The notes: a model not told the origin generated them from the sequence alone. 64,000 nt of DNA from Octopus bimaculoides (GCF_001194135.2 NC_068991.1:53554308-53618307); one strand, 5' to 3'. Positions 12,524 through 24,764 are shown, counted from the stretch's first letter. Program-made: numbers and translations.

Positions 12524-13760
12524 TTATGGAAAAGTTTACTATAAGTTAACAAATGAGATGTCTTATTACTTCAGCAAGTAAGGTGAAAGCTAGGCTTTGC
12601 TGGGGAGGTCTAATAAAATAAAAACATATCTGGAATTGTCTCTCCTATTTACCAAATACTTAAAGTAATATTTTCTTTTATTCTCTACCTTTTTTTAATT
12701 AGATTTTTGTTGCTCTACCTTAAATATGTTCATCCCTACTGAATTATTGATCTTCATGAAGATGACATTTTTGAGTAATTAAAATATTGCATATGAGCAT
12801 GTAAAAAATTAGGAGAGAAAATAATTGAATCTAAGAATGACATTTTAGTTCCTATAAATGTTTAAATTATCTGTGTAAAAGGTAACAATTAAACAGATGT
12901 TTCATCAAAGTTTTCTTTATATTAACATTTTCTAAATGTTAAAGCATTATTTACCATAAGGTGTATTTATATAATATTGAATAATTTCCATGACATTTAG
13001 TAGAATATATTGTGGAAGTCTGTAAATGCCACTTTTATTTTGTTTTATTTTGTTTCAGAAATTTACCAAGCTATATATTTACTCATAATTTTTCTCAATA
13101 CAGTTTTATTTGTAAGTTCGTTGTATTATTTAGTTTGTATTTTAATTTTTTTATGTTTCTACAAGAGTCATTTCATAGGTGTGTACATGTTTGCATAAGA
13201 TCATAATTACTATTTAAAAAACAAAAGCAATTCCCCTCCCTGCCTCCTTCCCCCATATTACTCGCTATAAAAAGAGGTGAAATTAACATTAATTTCTGAA
13301 GTAGAACTTCTCTTTAATATATAAGCTTATATATAATTTCATCTACTTGACACATTTGTTAAAGTATTGTTTTATAGGCTCTTTCACTCTTATCAAATTC
13401 CCATTTTTATATGATTTACTGTTATTAAAAAACAAAAAAAAAAAAATAAAAGATGGTTTGTACTTATTAGGAACCTTTCTGTTTAAATTTATTTCGATAT
13501 TTACTGAATAGCCAGCACAAGTTTTTCTGTTTTGACAAGGAATTTTATAACTTTCAATGAAACCTAAGTAGAACACAACATATTTTTGTGAAATCTACTC
13601 GACTTGGCAGTTCTTAGACTACTATTACAGCTAATAAGAAAAGTTATATTATACTATTTATTTATTACATTTATTAGTTATACATACAATTCATTAGCTG
13701 TTAAAGTACTCGAGCATTGATGCAGTCAGAATTCAAGTAGGTATCAGACCCAATAGTATG
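12524..13760 (+). other. Cluster of candidate short exons (12524-12577, 12703-12774, 13059-13111, 13698-13760)
   Basis: Each is bounded by AG (the first three after clear pyrimidine tracts) and GTAAG/GTAAT. Phases chain into an open frame from ATG 12553 into the 19198 exon. Confidence 0.35.
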
Positions 13761-14019
13761 GTAAGTCCTGGTTATATAATAATGCTTTCTTTCTCTATTG
13801 AACAACTACTTAATTTTATTGATATCAATGAAGTAGGGGCAGTTATGTTTCATTAGTCTGCAGTGCTCAGTTGAAGTTCTTTTAATATATAGTTAATGGA
13901 ACATCTCATCTCATATCCTTTATCAAGTCTCATGATATAGCAACACTTTTTCGCCATAGTGCACAGACTAAAAAAAATAGTTTACATCAAAGTTAACCTT
14001 TTAAGAAATGAGGTGATAT

Positions 14020-14425
14020 AGGAGCAGTAGTGGCTGTGTGATTAGAAGCTTACTTCCCAACCACATGGTTTCAGGTTCAGTCCCACTGTGCAGCACTTGG
14101 GCAGGTGTCTTCTACAATAGTCTCAAGCCAGCCAATGTCTTGTTAGTGGATTTGGTAGACGGAAACTGAAAGAAGCCCATCATACATACATATATATATA
14201 TATGCGTGGGTGTCTGTGTTTGTCCCCTACCATACTTGACAGTGCCCCTTTAACTTAGTGGTTCAGCAAAAAAAGACTGATAGAATAAGTACTAGGCTTA
14301 AAGAAAAAAGGAGGGGGGGTGGAAACAAGTACTGGGGTTGATTCATTTGACTAAAAAAAATTCTTCAAGGTGTTGTCCCAGCATGGCCTCAGTCTAACGA
14401 CTGAAACAAGTAAAAAGATGAAAGG
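14020..14425 (+). mobile_element. Family A composite SINE, complete copy
   Basis: Head, internal (TA) tract and tail are all present. Confidence 0.85.
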
Positions 14426-14689
14426 AAAGATATGACTTTGGTAAATGACACTAACAACTTTTACAACCATTTTAACCATTTTATCAAATGAGTATTGATG
14501 TATTTATATCATTGACCCTTGTACATGTATGTTTAGCAAATTGTATTACATCAGTGCAGCTTTTCTGCAACAAAAACTGTTGATCAAGCTAATTTTTTCA
14601 TTGTCTACAAATGTTACATTTCTAAAAGATAAATCTATTTTTTGCTTTCTGGTAATATCAATTTCTCTGGTCTAGTCATACAACTGGCA

Positions 14690-15000
14690 CTGTGTTGGTT
14701 ATGACAAACTGTGTTCCAGCTGATCTGATCAATGGAACAGCCTGCTTGTGAAGTTAATGTTCAAGTGGTTGAGCACTCCACAGACACATGTATCCTTGAC
14801 ATAGTTCTGAAGGAGATTCAGCATTACACAGAATGTGTCAAGATTGGCCCTTTAAAATACAGGTACAACTCATATTTGCCAGTTGAGTGAACTGGGCAAT
14901 GTGAAATAAAGTGTGTTGCTCAAGGACACAATGTGTCATCAGGAATTGAACTCACAACCTTATGATCATGAACCAAATGCCCTAACCACTAAGCTACACA
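14690..15000 (-). mobile_element. tRNA-derived SINE with CORE-like body and the same 3' part as the OR-like SINE
   Basis: Minus-strand head GTAGCTTAGTGGTTAGG...GAGTTCAATTCC. The 3' part is homologous to 8760-8850. Confidence 0.8.
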
Positions 15001-15004
15001 CGTT

Positions 15005-15445
15005 CATTTAGTCTGCTTTCCATGCTAGCATGGGTTGGACGATTTGACTGAGGACTGGCGAACCAGATGGCTGCACCAGGTTCCAGTCTGATCTGGCAGA
15101 GTTTCTACAGCTGGATGCCCTTCCTAACGCCAACCACTCTGAGAATGTCATGGGTGCTTTTACGTGCCAGTCAGGTGGTACTGGCAACGGCTATGCTCAA
15201 GTGGTGTTTTTTATGTGCCACCTGCACAGGAGCCAGTCCAGCGGCACTGGCAATGACCTTGCTTGAATGTTTTTTCACGTGCCACTGGCACAAGTGCCGG
15301 TAAGGCGACGCTGGTAACGGTCATGTTCGAATGGTGCTTTTTACATGCCACCGGCACAGAAGCCAGACAACTGCCCTGGCAGCAATCATGCTCGGATGGT
15401 GCTCTTAGCGCTCCACTGGCATGGATGCCAGTCATCGAATTTGCA
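15005..15445 (-). mobile_element. RTE LINE 3' UTR fragment with ~65-bp tandem subrepeats
   Basis: Colinear with 20690-21075. Confidence 0.85.
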
Positions 15446-16519
15446 ATAAATATATAACCCTTTGATCAATAAAAGAAGACCCAAACTGAAATAAGTAGGA
15501 TGTAAAATTGATTGCCTAAATTCTTTGAAGACATTGCCCTGACATAACTGCTGTTCAATGACTGAACAAATAAAAATGAAATAAATACATATATGTTAGG
15601 CTTCTACACAGTTTCCATTTCCTGAATTTTCACTCTCAAAGCCTTGTTCAATGTGAGGCTACAGTAGAAAACACCTTTTTCATGAGTGCCATACAGTGGA
15701 ATGAAACCTAGAACCTTGTAGTTACAAAATGAATTCTTTAACCACACAACTATGCTTGTGCCTATTGTTTTAACATTTTTTTTCTTTTTGTTTAAATTTT
15801 GAGCATTATGTATGATTTGTGTTGAAAGTTACTCTGTCATAACTTTATCAGATTTATGATGTTTTTGGTGATGAGCAGCCATTTGAATTTCTTAAGTAGT
15901 TTCAAATCTCAGTTTCTGTAAACTGAATGCAACACATGTTCAAAATATCTAGTTGATAAGAGCGTTGTAGTTTGCTTGAAGCATATTCGTTCCGAAGAAT
16001 GAAAATAAAAGGGAAAATAAGAAAGCTTCTAAGTAGGAAGCAGTCTTGGAAAAGTCCAGTTGCACTGATTCAAGACTGTTTTCTTTTGAGGAATGGCCTT
16101 TTTGCCTGAAATATAAAGGTTTTTGTAAAAGTTTCTGCATTCATAGAAGTTTTCTTATTTTCTCTTTTATTTAGTTGAACTTCAAACTAGGTGTTTGTGT
16201 AGTTACCTCATTCTATCAAATAATTTATTTTCTAGTTATACTTTAAATCATTGTTGTCATCTCTTTTGTTGTTGTGTTTGTTGTTTGTCTCAGATCAGTT
16301 CAGAATGAATAGATTTATAATGAAAATATTCTAGCCAGCAACATGTGTACTTATTTTCTTTCTGAAGTTTGTAAACTGTCTCAACTCTTTGTCTGTCTTG
16401 TGTATCACATATGACACACAAGACATATTTCCCTGGCACTCATGTATTAAACATGTTAGACATTCCCAATTTTTTCAACCACCAGAGTAACTTGGGACCT
16501 ATGAAATGAAAACTCAGTA

Positions 16520-16830
16520 GAGGTTAGTGCTTCTGGCTCACAACCATGAGGTAGTGAGTTTGATTCCCAGGATAGACAGTGTGTTGTGTTCTTGAGTAAG
16601 ACACTTATTTCATGTTGCTCCAGTTCACTCAGCTGTAGAAATGAGTTGTGATGTCAATGGTGCCATGCTGTATCAATGTTTGCCTTTCCCTTGAATAACA
16701 TCAGTGGCATGAAGAGGGGAGGCTGGTATGCATAGGTGACTACTGGCCTTCCACAAACAACCTTGCTTGGACTTGTCCCTCTGAGGGTAACTTTCTAGGT
16801 GCAATCCCATGGTCATTCATGACTGAAGGC
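16520..16830 (+). mobile_element. tRNA-derived CORE-like SINE
   Basis: Contains GAGTTTGATTCCC (B box) and TGTGTTCTTGAGTAAGACACTT. Confidence 0.7.
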
Positions 16831-16846
16831 GGTCTTTATGTTTTTA

Positions 16847-17645
16847 CTCAGAAAGTATGAAACAAGGCAGTGAAACATGGGCCGTGACTGCTGAGGATAT
16901 GCGTAAACTTGCAAGGAATGAAGCCAGTATGCTCCGTTGGATGTGTAATGTCAGTGTGCATACTTGACAGAGTGTAAGTACCTTGAGAAAAAAGTTGGAC
17001 CTAAGAAGCATCAGATGTGGTGTGCAAGAGAGACGACTGCGCTGGTATGGTCATGTGGATGAGGATAGCTGTGTGAAAAATTGCCACACCCTAGCGGTTG
17101 AGGGAACCTGTGGAAGAGGTAGACCTAGGAAGACCTGGGATGAGGTGGTGAAGCCCGACCTTTGAACATTAGGCCTCACCAAGGCAATTACTAGTGATTG
17201 AAACCTTTGGAGATAAGCTGTGCTTGAGAAGACCTGGTAAGCCAAGTAAGACCATAACCTGTGGCCTATGCCAGGGGTGTAACCAACCCATTTATGTGTA
17301 CTTTTCCTTCATTGGATACTAAATTCTGCTTGCAATGACATGTTGAGACAAGTGAAATTGAAATCAAATTCGATGACAGCACTGCTTGACTAGCATCCGT
17401 GCTAGTGGAGTGCTAAGAGCACCATCCAAGCGTGATTGTTGCCAGTACCGCCTGACTGGCCCTCATGCCGGTGGCACGTAAAAGCACCCACTACACTCTC
17501 GGAGTAGTTGGCATTAGGAAGGGCATCCAGCTGTAGAAACTCTGCCAGATCAGATTGGAGCCTGGTGCAGCCATCTGGCTCGCCAGTCCTCAGTCAACTC
17601 GTCCAACCCATGCCAGCATGGAAAGCAGACGTTAAACAATGATGA
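16847..17645 (+). mobile_element. 5'-truncated RTE LINE (RT C-terminus plus 3' UTR, (GAT)n tail)
   Basis: Peptides LRSIRCGVQERRLRWYGHV and GTCGRGRPRKTWDEVV; tail GACGTTAAACAATGATGATG. Confidence 0.92.
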
Positions 17646-18886
17646 TGGTTAACAAGTAAAAATGCATAACAATAGATAAATCCAAGTTGAGGGGCGAGAA
17701 CCAGTAGAAATGCATGCTGCATATGTTTCTCAGCTAGCTGAAGCTATTGATGTAATAGTTATGCAATAGTTATGTTCTCTATACCTGCTACTCACTGCTT
17801 AAAGCTTATGAACCTCTTATATTGGGATGCCCAGATTGTGTATGTGTATATTTATATATATTCTTTCATTCATTTTAGTCATGTGGCTTGAGTCATGCTG
17901 GAGCACCACTCTGGTTTTGCACCATCACTTATGATTATTCTTCAGCTGATTTCCTCAGGCTGCAGGGTTTCACATCACCACTCCTGTATGTGCGTTTGTT
18001 TCGGCTGTTGGCTCATTTGGTGTATGAGAGAGTTTGATTCCGCTGCCCTTGTCTGTACCTCATGCCAGGTTGTATATATATATATATATCACAGTATTGG
18101 CCAGACATCAGATGCTGTTATACACTGCTGATCACAGTGCACTTCCAAATCTGTCTTGATTGTGCCATTTTTTTCCATCTTAACCCAAATTGCTGAACAA
18201 GATCAACTTCCCTTTGTTGTGGAGGCTTTTGCACTGGCCTTTACTGATCTCTTGGATACCACTTGCCAACTGCATGGGTCCATCTGTGAATCTTGTGATG
18301 TGTCTGGCCCAGTGGAACTTGTGCTTTCAATATTCTGCAATTACATTGTTCACTCCACTCCATTCTCTAATTGCTTCACTTTGAATATGTTCTCGTAATG
18401 ATATTCCTAGCATGGATCATTCTGGAGTAGATGCGAGATGTCAAATCTGGCCTGTTTGAACTTTGTCCTTTGCTTTGCAGCCAGTCAATGTTCTGTCCTC
18501 TTCATAGTAGCCCACACCTCACTTGCATATAAGGATGTGCATAAAACAAAGGTAGTCAATACCATATATGTAACTCCTTATATATTTTAGTTAATTTCTC
18601 TGTTTCATCTCCATGACTCATCATCTTCATGTTGAATTTATTTATAATCCTCAGGTGTCAGATTACTTTTAACTCTAATTCAGTTCAATTAAAAACAGTA
18701 GATTTTCGAATTTGGCTTACTCTGGTTCCATAAGGGGCAAGTGACTTCTTAGAATGTTAGAATCCTTACTGTATCACTTGTGTACTTTGACTCTTGCTAT
18801 TATTTTTGTTTACTAATATCTGGACTGTAATTTAATTGTATTTTTATTAAAGATGTATTTACAATATTAACAAATTGCAAAATTAA

Positions 18887-19037
18887 CCCTTTCACATTCA
18901 GATTATTCTGTTAAATGTAATGTGTATCTATTCACATTGTTTTGAATTTATCCTGCCTTCTGTTTGAACTTAAAGAAAGTAGAATATTTTGGCCAGACAT
19001 GGCCAGATTAAATGTTAAACAGTTAAATGCTAAAGGG
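18887..19037. mobile_element. piggyBac-like MITE, internally deleted copy
   Basis: TTAA-CCCTTTCACATT...AATGCTAAAGGG-TTAA. Confidence 0.8.
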
Positions 19038-19118
19038 TTAATGAATGTATCTGAATATTTTCTCTTATCTTGATATCCATTTGAAAAGAAATTCTTACTA
19101 AACAATATTAAAAATTTT

Positions 19119-19195
<77 letters not shown>

Positions 19196-19215
19196 AGAGT
19201 ATCTTGGATTGCTGT

Positions 19216-19421
19216 ATGTCTACGCTTCGAGAATGGAAAAAGTTAGCCTGGTTTGGCACAATTGCGTTCACACTTTTTACGTTAATGAACTTTTTTCAAT
19301 ACACAAAGAACCAGACTAGCATCGATGCCAGAAATAATATTCCAGCTGGAAAGGAAAAAGGACATCTGAAGACCATCATCGACATGTTATGTCCAAACAG
19401 TGGGACACTCTGCACTGAGAG
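19216..19421 (+). CDS. Coding exon of a type II membrane, GT-A-like putative glycosyltransferase (cytosolic tail, TM anchor, stem)
   Basis: Acceptor TTTTAG at 19197, ATG at 19216. Peptide WKK-LAWFGTIAFTLFTLMNFFQY-TKNQT. Donor AG|GTTTGT at 19422 is phase 2, matching the 26207 acceptor. Confidence 0.8.
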
Positions 19422-19843
19422 GTTTGTTAGTCTTATTTCTATCCACCCATAATATGTAGCATTAGGAATGTTGCTTCTCTCAAGTACTTTTCCATCGTTG
19501 AATAAAGTTTTGAGCACCAAAACATTTTTGACTATGCTTATTTATTTCCATCATAAGTTCTTCAGATTTTACCATTTCAAAACACAAATACTTCATAATG
19601 CCCTGTTTCTCTTCTATAAGTCGATCACACTGACCCCAGTACTTAACTGGTACTTAATTTATTGACCCTAAAAGGATGAAAGGCAAAGTCGACCTTGGCG
19701 GAATTTGATCTCAGAACGTAACGACAGGTGAAATACCACTAAGCATTTTGCCTGGTATGCTAATGATTCTGTCAGCCTTATGAATGATTAATAATGAAAA
19801 AAAAATTGTGTAGATGTAGATGTATTCTTATTTATCTGAATTG

Positions 19844-19892
<49 letters not shown>

Positions 19893-20133
19893 TACTATTG
19901 TAAATATAAGGGTAATAAATTAGAATAATTTATTACCACTAGTTAGCATACATAAATAATAGTCATAAGACGTGACGTATTTTTAAAAATATAAGAGTGT
20001 ATAAAATATTTTCATACACAAAGAGGAGACCATTGGCAGGACTCTTTACATTCTAAAAAGGCCAGTTAAAGCTCAAACCACAAAAAGAATTCATGAGGCA
20101 TGCTGTTATAACACTAGAATGAAAAAAAAAATG

Positions 20134-20205
20134 AATTAGTTAATCCTGAACTTGAGTTTCGCTATTAACTGCCAAATCTGTAGCTCATCAGCAGAATTGC
20201 TAATT
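20134..20205 (-). ncRNA. Type I hammerhead ribozyme (structurally intact candidate)
   Basis: AAUUAG-C-AAUUCUG CUGAUGA GCUA-(16 nt)-UAGC GAAAC-UCAA-GUU CAGGAUU-AA-CUAAUU. Full core, 4-bp stem II, 7+6-bp stem I, short stem III. Confidence 0.7.
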
Positions 20206-20392
20206 AATGAATAATTATGTAATAATTTTAATTCTGAGGCTATATAGGATACAGTTTTAAATTTCTTTATTTACTGCTGGACTATATATCTATGCTCATG
20301 CACTAAGTTCAAACCCTTAATGGATAAAGATGTAACTGACTTACTTGCACACGTGTTTTCAGTATGTATTTGCAACTACATAATTATTCATT

Positions 20393-20479
20393 AATTAGTG
20401 ATTCCACTGATGAGCCACAGATTCCAAATTAGTGCATTTGGCAAATAATAGCGAAACTCAAGTTCAGGATTAACTAATT
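20393..20479 (+). ncRNA. Second, degenerate hammerhead copy in the right arm
   Basis: Core CTGATGA...GAAAC-TCAA-GTT is intact, but stems I and II have mismatches next to the core. Confidence 0.5.
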
Positions 20480-20629
20480 AAATTTTTTTTTTGTTCTAGT
20501 GTTATAATGGCATGCCTCATGAATTCTCTTTTTTGTGGTTTGGGCTTTAACCGGCCTTTTTAGCATGTAAGAAATCCTGTCAGTGGTCTCTTCTTTGTGC
20601 ATAAAAATATTTTATACACTTTTATATCT

Positions 20630-20672
<43 letters not shown>

Positions 20673-21862
20673 CATCATCATCATCGTTTAACGTCCACTT
20701 TCCATGCTAGCATGGGTTGGGCGATTTGACTGAGGACTGGTGAACAGGATGGCTGCACCAGGCTCCAGTCTGACCTGGCAGAATTTCTACAGCTGGATGC
20801 CCTTCCTAACGCCAACTACTCCGAGAGTGTAGTGGGTGCTTTTACGTGCCACCGGCACAAGGGCCAGTTAGGTGGTACTGGCAATGGCCACGCTCAAAAT
20901 GGTGTTTTTTACGTGCCACCAGCACAAGTGCCAGTGAGGTGACGCTGGTAGTGATCACACTCAAATAGTGCCATTTACATGTCACTGGCATGAAAGCCAG
21001 ACAGCTGCTCTGGCAATGATCACACTCGGACAGTGCTGTTAGTGCTCCGCTGGCACAGGTGCCGGTCATCGAATATGGTTCAATTACGATTTCGATTTCA
21101 CTTTCTCCAACAGGTCTTCGCAAGCAGAGTTTAGTGTGAAATGAAGGAGAGATTGGCATGGGTGCCAGTCGTCGAATTAAATTCGATTTCGATTTCCTCA
21201 ACAGGTCTTTGCAAGCGGAGTTTAGTGTCCAATGAAGTAAAGATACGAATAAGTGAGCTGGCTACACTTCTGGCAGAGGCCACGGATTATGGTCTCACTT
21301 GGCTTGCCGGGTCTTCACACGTACTGCATATTTTCAAAGGTCCCGGTCACTAGTCATTGCCTCGGTGAGGCCTAATGTTCAAAGGTTGTGCTTCACCACC
21401 TCATCCCAAGTCTTCCTGGGTCTACCTCTTCCACAGGTTCCCTCAACCACTATGGTGTGGCAATTTTTCACACAGCTATCATCACCATTCTTGCCACATG
21501 ACCATACCAGCGCAACCATCTCTCTTGTACACCACAACTGATGCTTCTTAGGTCCAACTTTTCTCTCAAGGTACTTACACTCTGTCGAGTATGCATATTG
21601 ACATTACACATCTATCGGAGCATACTGGCTTCATTTCTTGCAAGCTTACGCATGTCCTCAGCAGTCACGGCCCATGTTTCACTGCCATGCAGCATGGCAG
21701 TTCATACACATGCGTCATACAATCTGCCTTTTACTCTGAGCGAGAGGCTCTTTGTCACCAGCAGAGGTAAGAGCTCTCTGAACTTTGCCCAGGCTATTCT
21801 TATTCTAGCAGCTACACTTTCAGCACACCCTGCCCCGCTACTAACTTCGTCATCTAGATAGT
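20673..21862 (-). mobile_element. 5'-truncated RTE LINE
   Basis: Minus-strand translation RIRIAWAKFRELLPLL...ETWAVTAEDMRKL...RGRPRKTWDEVV. (GAT)n tail at 20673, next to (TA)n. Confidence 0.93.
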
Positions 21863-24764
21863 GGACTACTTCTAGTTTTTCTTCCNNNNNNNNNNNNNNN
21901 NNNNNNNNNNNNNNNNNNNNNNNNNNNNNNNNNNNNNNNNNNNNNNNNNNNNNNNNNNNNNNNNNNNNNNNNNNNNNNNNNNNNNNATATATATATATAT
22001 CAATAATAATAGTGATTGTTTCTTATTAGGAACAAGAGGGTTAATAGGACTGCAAGAGAAGTGCTCAAGTAAGTGAGACGAGTATAACAAACTTTTGTTG
22101 CAGAACAAACAACAAATTTATGGTCATCCAACTAATATAGCACATATCGAACATTTAATCACATATAAAGAAACATAATACTTTTTCTATACATAGAATA
22201 CGGAAGCACAAAATCACAGAAGATGAAACAATACTTGATTTAGACAGGTATAAAGAAAAAAAGTGAGTACAGTCTATCACGTATAAAAAAAATTTTTTAA
22301 ATTAGTAAATTAATACTTCAACGTCTAAAAAAATTTTTTTTACATTATAAAACCTAAAATAAAATAATAAATATATAAAAATATAAATAGATAAATATAA
22401 AAATACGTATATAAAAAACATAAATACATAAGGTATAGATAAATGTTCATCGATTAAGAATATTTTATGATTAAAAGTTACTTTTTAAGGTAGAAAGAAA
22501 CCTTTTAAGGTAAAAAGAAACCTTTTAAGAAAAGCTGGTATCCAAGCAAAAAAAAAACAACATAATTACAGTCCCTATGGCCATTTTAGGGGTTCATTAA
22601 CGTAGTCAATGCACGGGGGTGCATTACGGTAATGACTCCTTCGTCGGGGGAAAATAGTAACACCACATACCAATACGAGATTTCTTTGTAATTTGAGATC
22701 ATTGTGATGAATGGTCAGTTTACCCTAACACACCACTAAAAATTACTAACTTTATAAACTTATTTATTACATGGGTACATACACTTACTTAGAAGTCATA
22801 GTATATGTATATGTGTGCATACACACACACACTCATATAGACACATACGCTAACATGCTCGAGCGTATACAAGTACGCCTCATTATACACAGCTCTAAAT
22901 ACATGAATATACACATACATCTCCACACATATCTACAGTTACACCCTAGTAACCATATACATACACTCACATATCCACATATCCTTAAGCGCACGTACAG
23001 ATATAGATATATCTCCATGTATAGTATCCGCATACATGCACACACGTCCATCCATGTATACACACATACAGTACACCTTATAAGTGTATATCTTGTTTAT
23101 GAGTACATAACAGTTATATTTAATATACTATTCTCAATAGATCGAGTTACATATATTTAAAAAATTAAAAAAAAAAGTTTTTTTGATCTGTCTATGACAT
23201 TGAAATGAGGGATGATCAATAAAGGAAATGGTTTAAAAAGAAAAGAAATATGTGATAAAAGGGAGCAGCAAATTAACAATAAGTGAAATAATTGATATAG
23301 AGATATAAGGTTCTATAGGAATAGAGTTTTAAAAGAATCATTTTAAAAGAAATAGAGTTTTACAAGAATCGTTTTTAAAAAATTAATAGTGGAAGAGCAT
23401 TAGAAGTAGTAAAAATACTGATAGAATAAACCGGTGATATTAGAAAGATGTTGTAAAATATTAAAAATATCAAAACCCATCAGATATATTTGGAAATTCA
23501 TAAAAGATACATGACAAGATACATAAAAAGATAAATAATGATAGGTTACAAAGAGGTGAAAATAAGATGAAAGGGTAAAAAGTAAAGAGAAAATGTAAAA
23601 AAATAAAATAAAATGAAATGAAAATTAAGATGGAAGTTAAAAATAAAGTATGAAGAACAATTATAATAGTCTGTTGTGTCTGGGGAGAGTCATTTTCTCA
23701 TTGTGCCTTAAAATTTAACACACTCACCAGTAAAATTTCACTTATTTCTTATAATAGTAATAATATAATAGTAATAATATAGTGATTGGAAAAATATTGT
23801 GATTGGAGAAATTTCAGGTCTATCTACTTGTGTAAATTATATGTCATTGGGCAACTTCTACTATATTCCTATTTTAATTGTTTAGGAAGTGTTATATGAA
23901 GTTAAAAGAGTCTAGGTTCCTATCAACTAATGATTACTAGTATAATATTGTTATAAACATTATTGAAGTTATTAGTGCTAGCTAATAGGACTTATGCGTA
24001 TGGTAGTGTTATTCGAAATTTTAAAGTCAATCACTATATTATTTAGATATGTTCGTGCCAGGTAAAAGCACCACTGATGCTATATTTCTAGTGAGACAGC
24101 NNNNNNNNNNNNNNNNNNNNNNNNNNNNNNNNNNNNNNNNNNNNNNNNNNNNNNNNNNNNNNNNNNNNNNNNNNNNNNNNNNNNNNNNNNNNNNNNNNNN
24201 CATACATATATATATATATATATATCTAGCATAATGGTTTGACAAAAGAGACTGATAGAATAAGTACAATACTAGAAATATAGTACTGGGATTGCTTTGT
24301 TTTACTAAAAACCTTTCAAGGTGATGCCCCAGCATTGTCACAGTCCAATGACCGAAACAAGTAAAAGATAGATGAAAGATGTTATTTTTTCAAAATGGCA
24401 TTTGTCAGTGAACTGGACTTTTAATGAATTTTGTTAGCTTTTATTTAATATCTGATTGAGTAGATTTATGTATGAAAATCAATCTTGGCCTGACCATCCT
24501 GTTTTTATATGGATATCTAGGTGATTCCATTATTTATTATGTCCTTTTCCTTTTAAGAAGTGAGCATGTAATATGAAGGCAACATAGCCACTATTTCTAG
24601 CAGGTTCAGTCATCATATAGCAGACTCGCTTGTTGATTGTTTCTGTTTAACATACATAATTAATGATTCTTATTTGTGATAGTTTTATAAAAAGTATCAT
24701 TATTTTGATACTCTGATAATTAGAAATAGCTTTAATAACATTCATTTACTATTAGACTCAAGGC

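Larger units (their letters stand above)
19978..20635. mobile_element. Foldback element (~245-bp inverted arms) carrying hammerhead ribozyme motifs; probably Penelope-derived
   Basis: 19978-20222 is the reverse complement of about 20380-20635. The right arm ends in (TA)n. Confidence 0.85.

Noticed and set aside
12740-12742. Selenocysteine codon
   Set aside because: The context matches no selenoprotein motif I know and no SECIS was recognised. A point mutation or non-coding exon is simpler.
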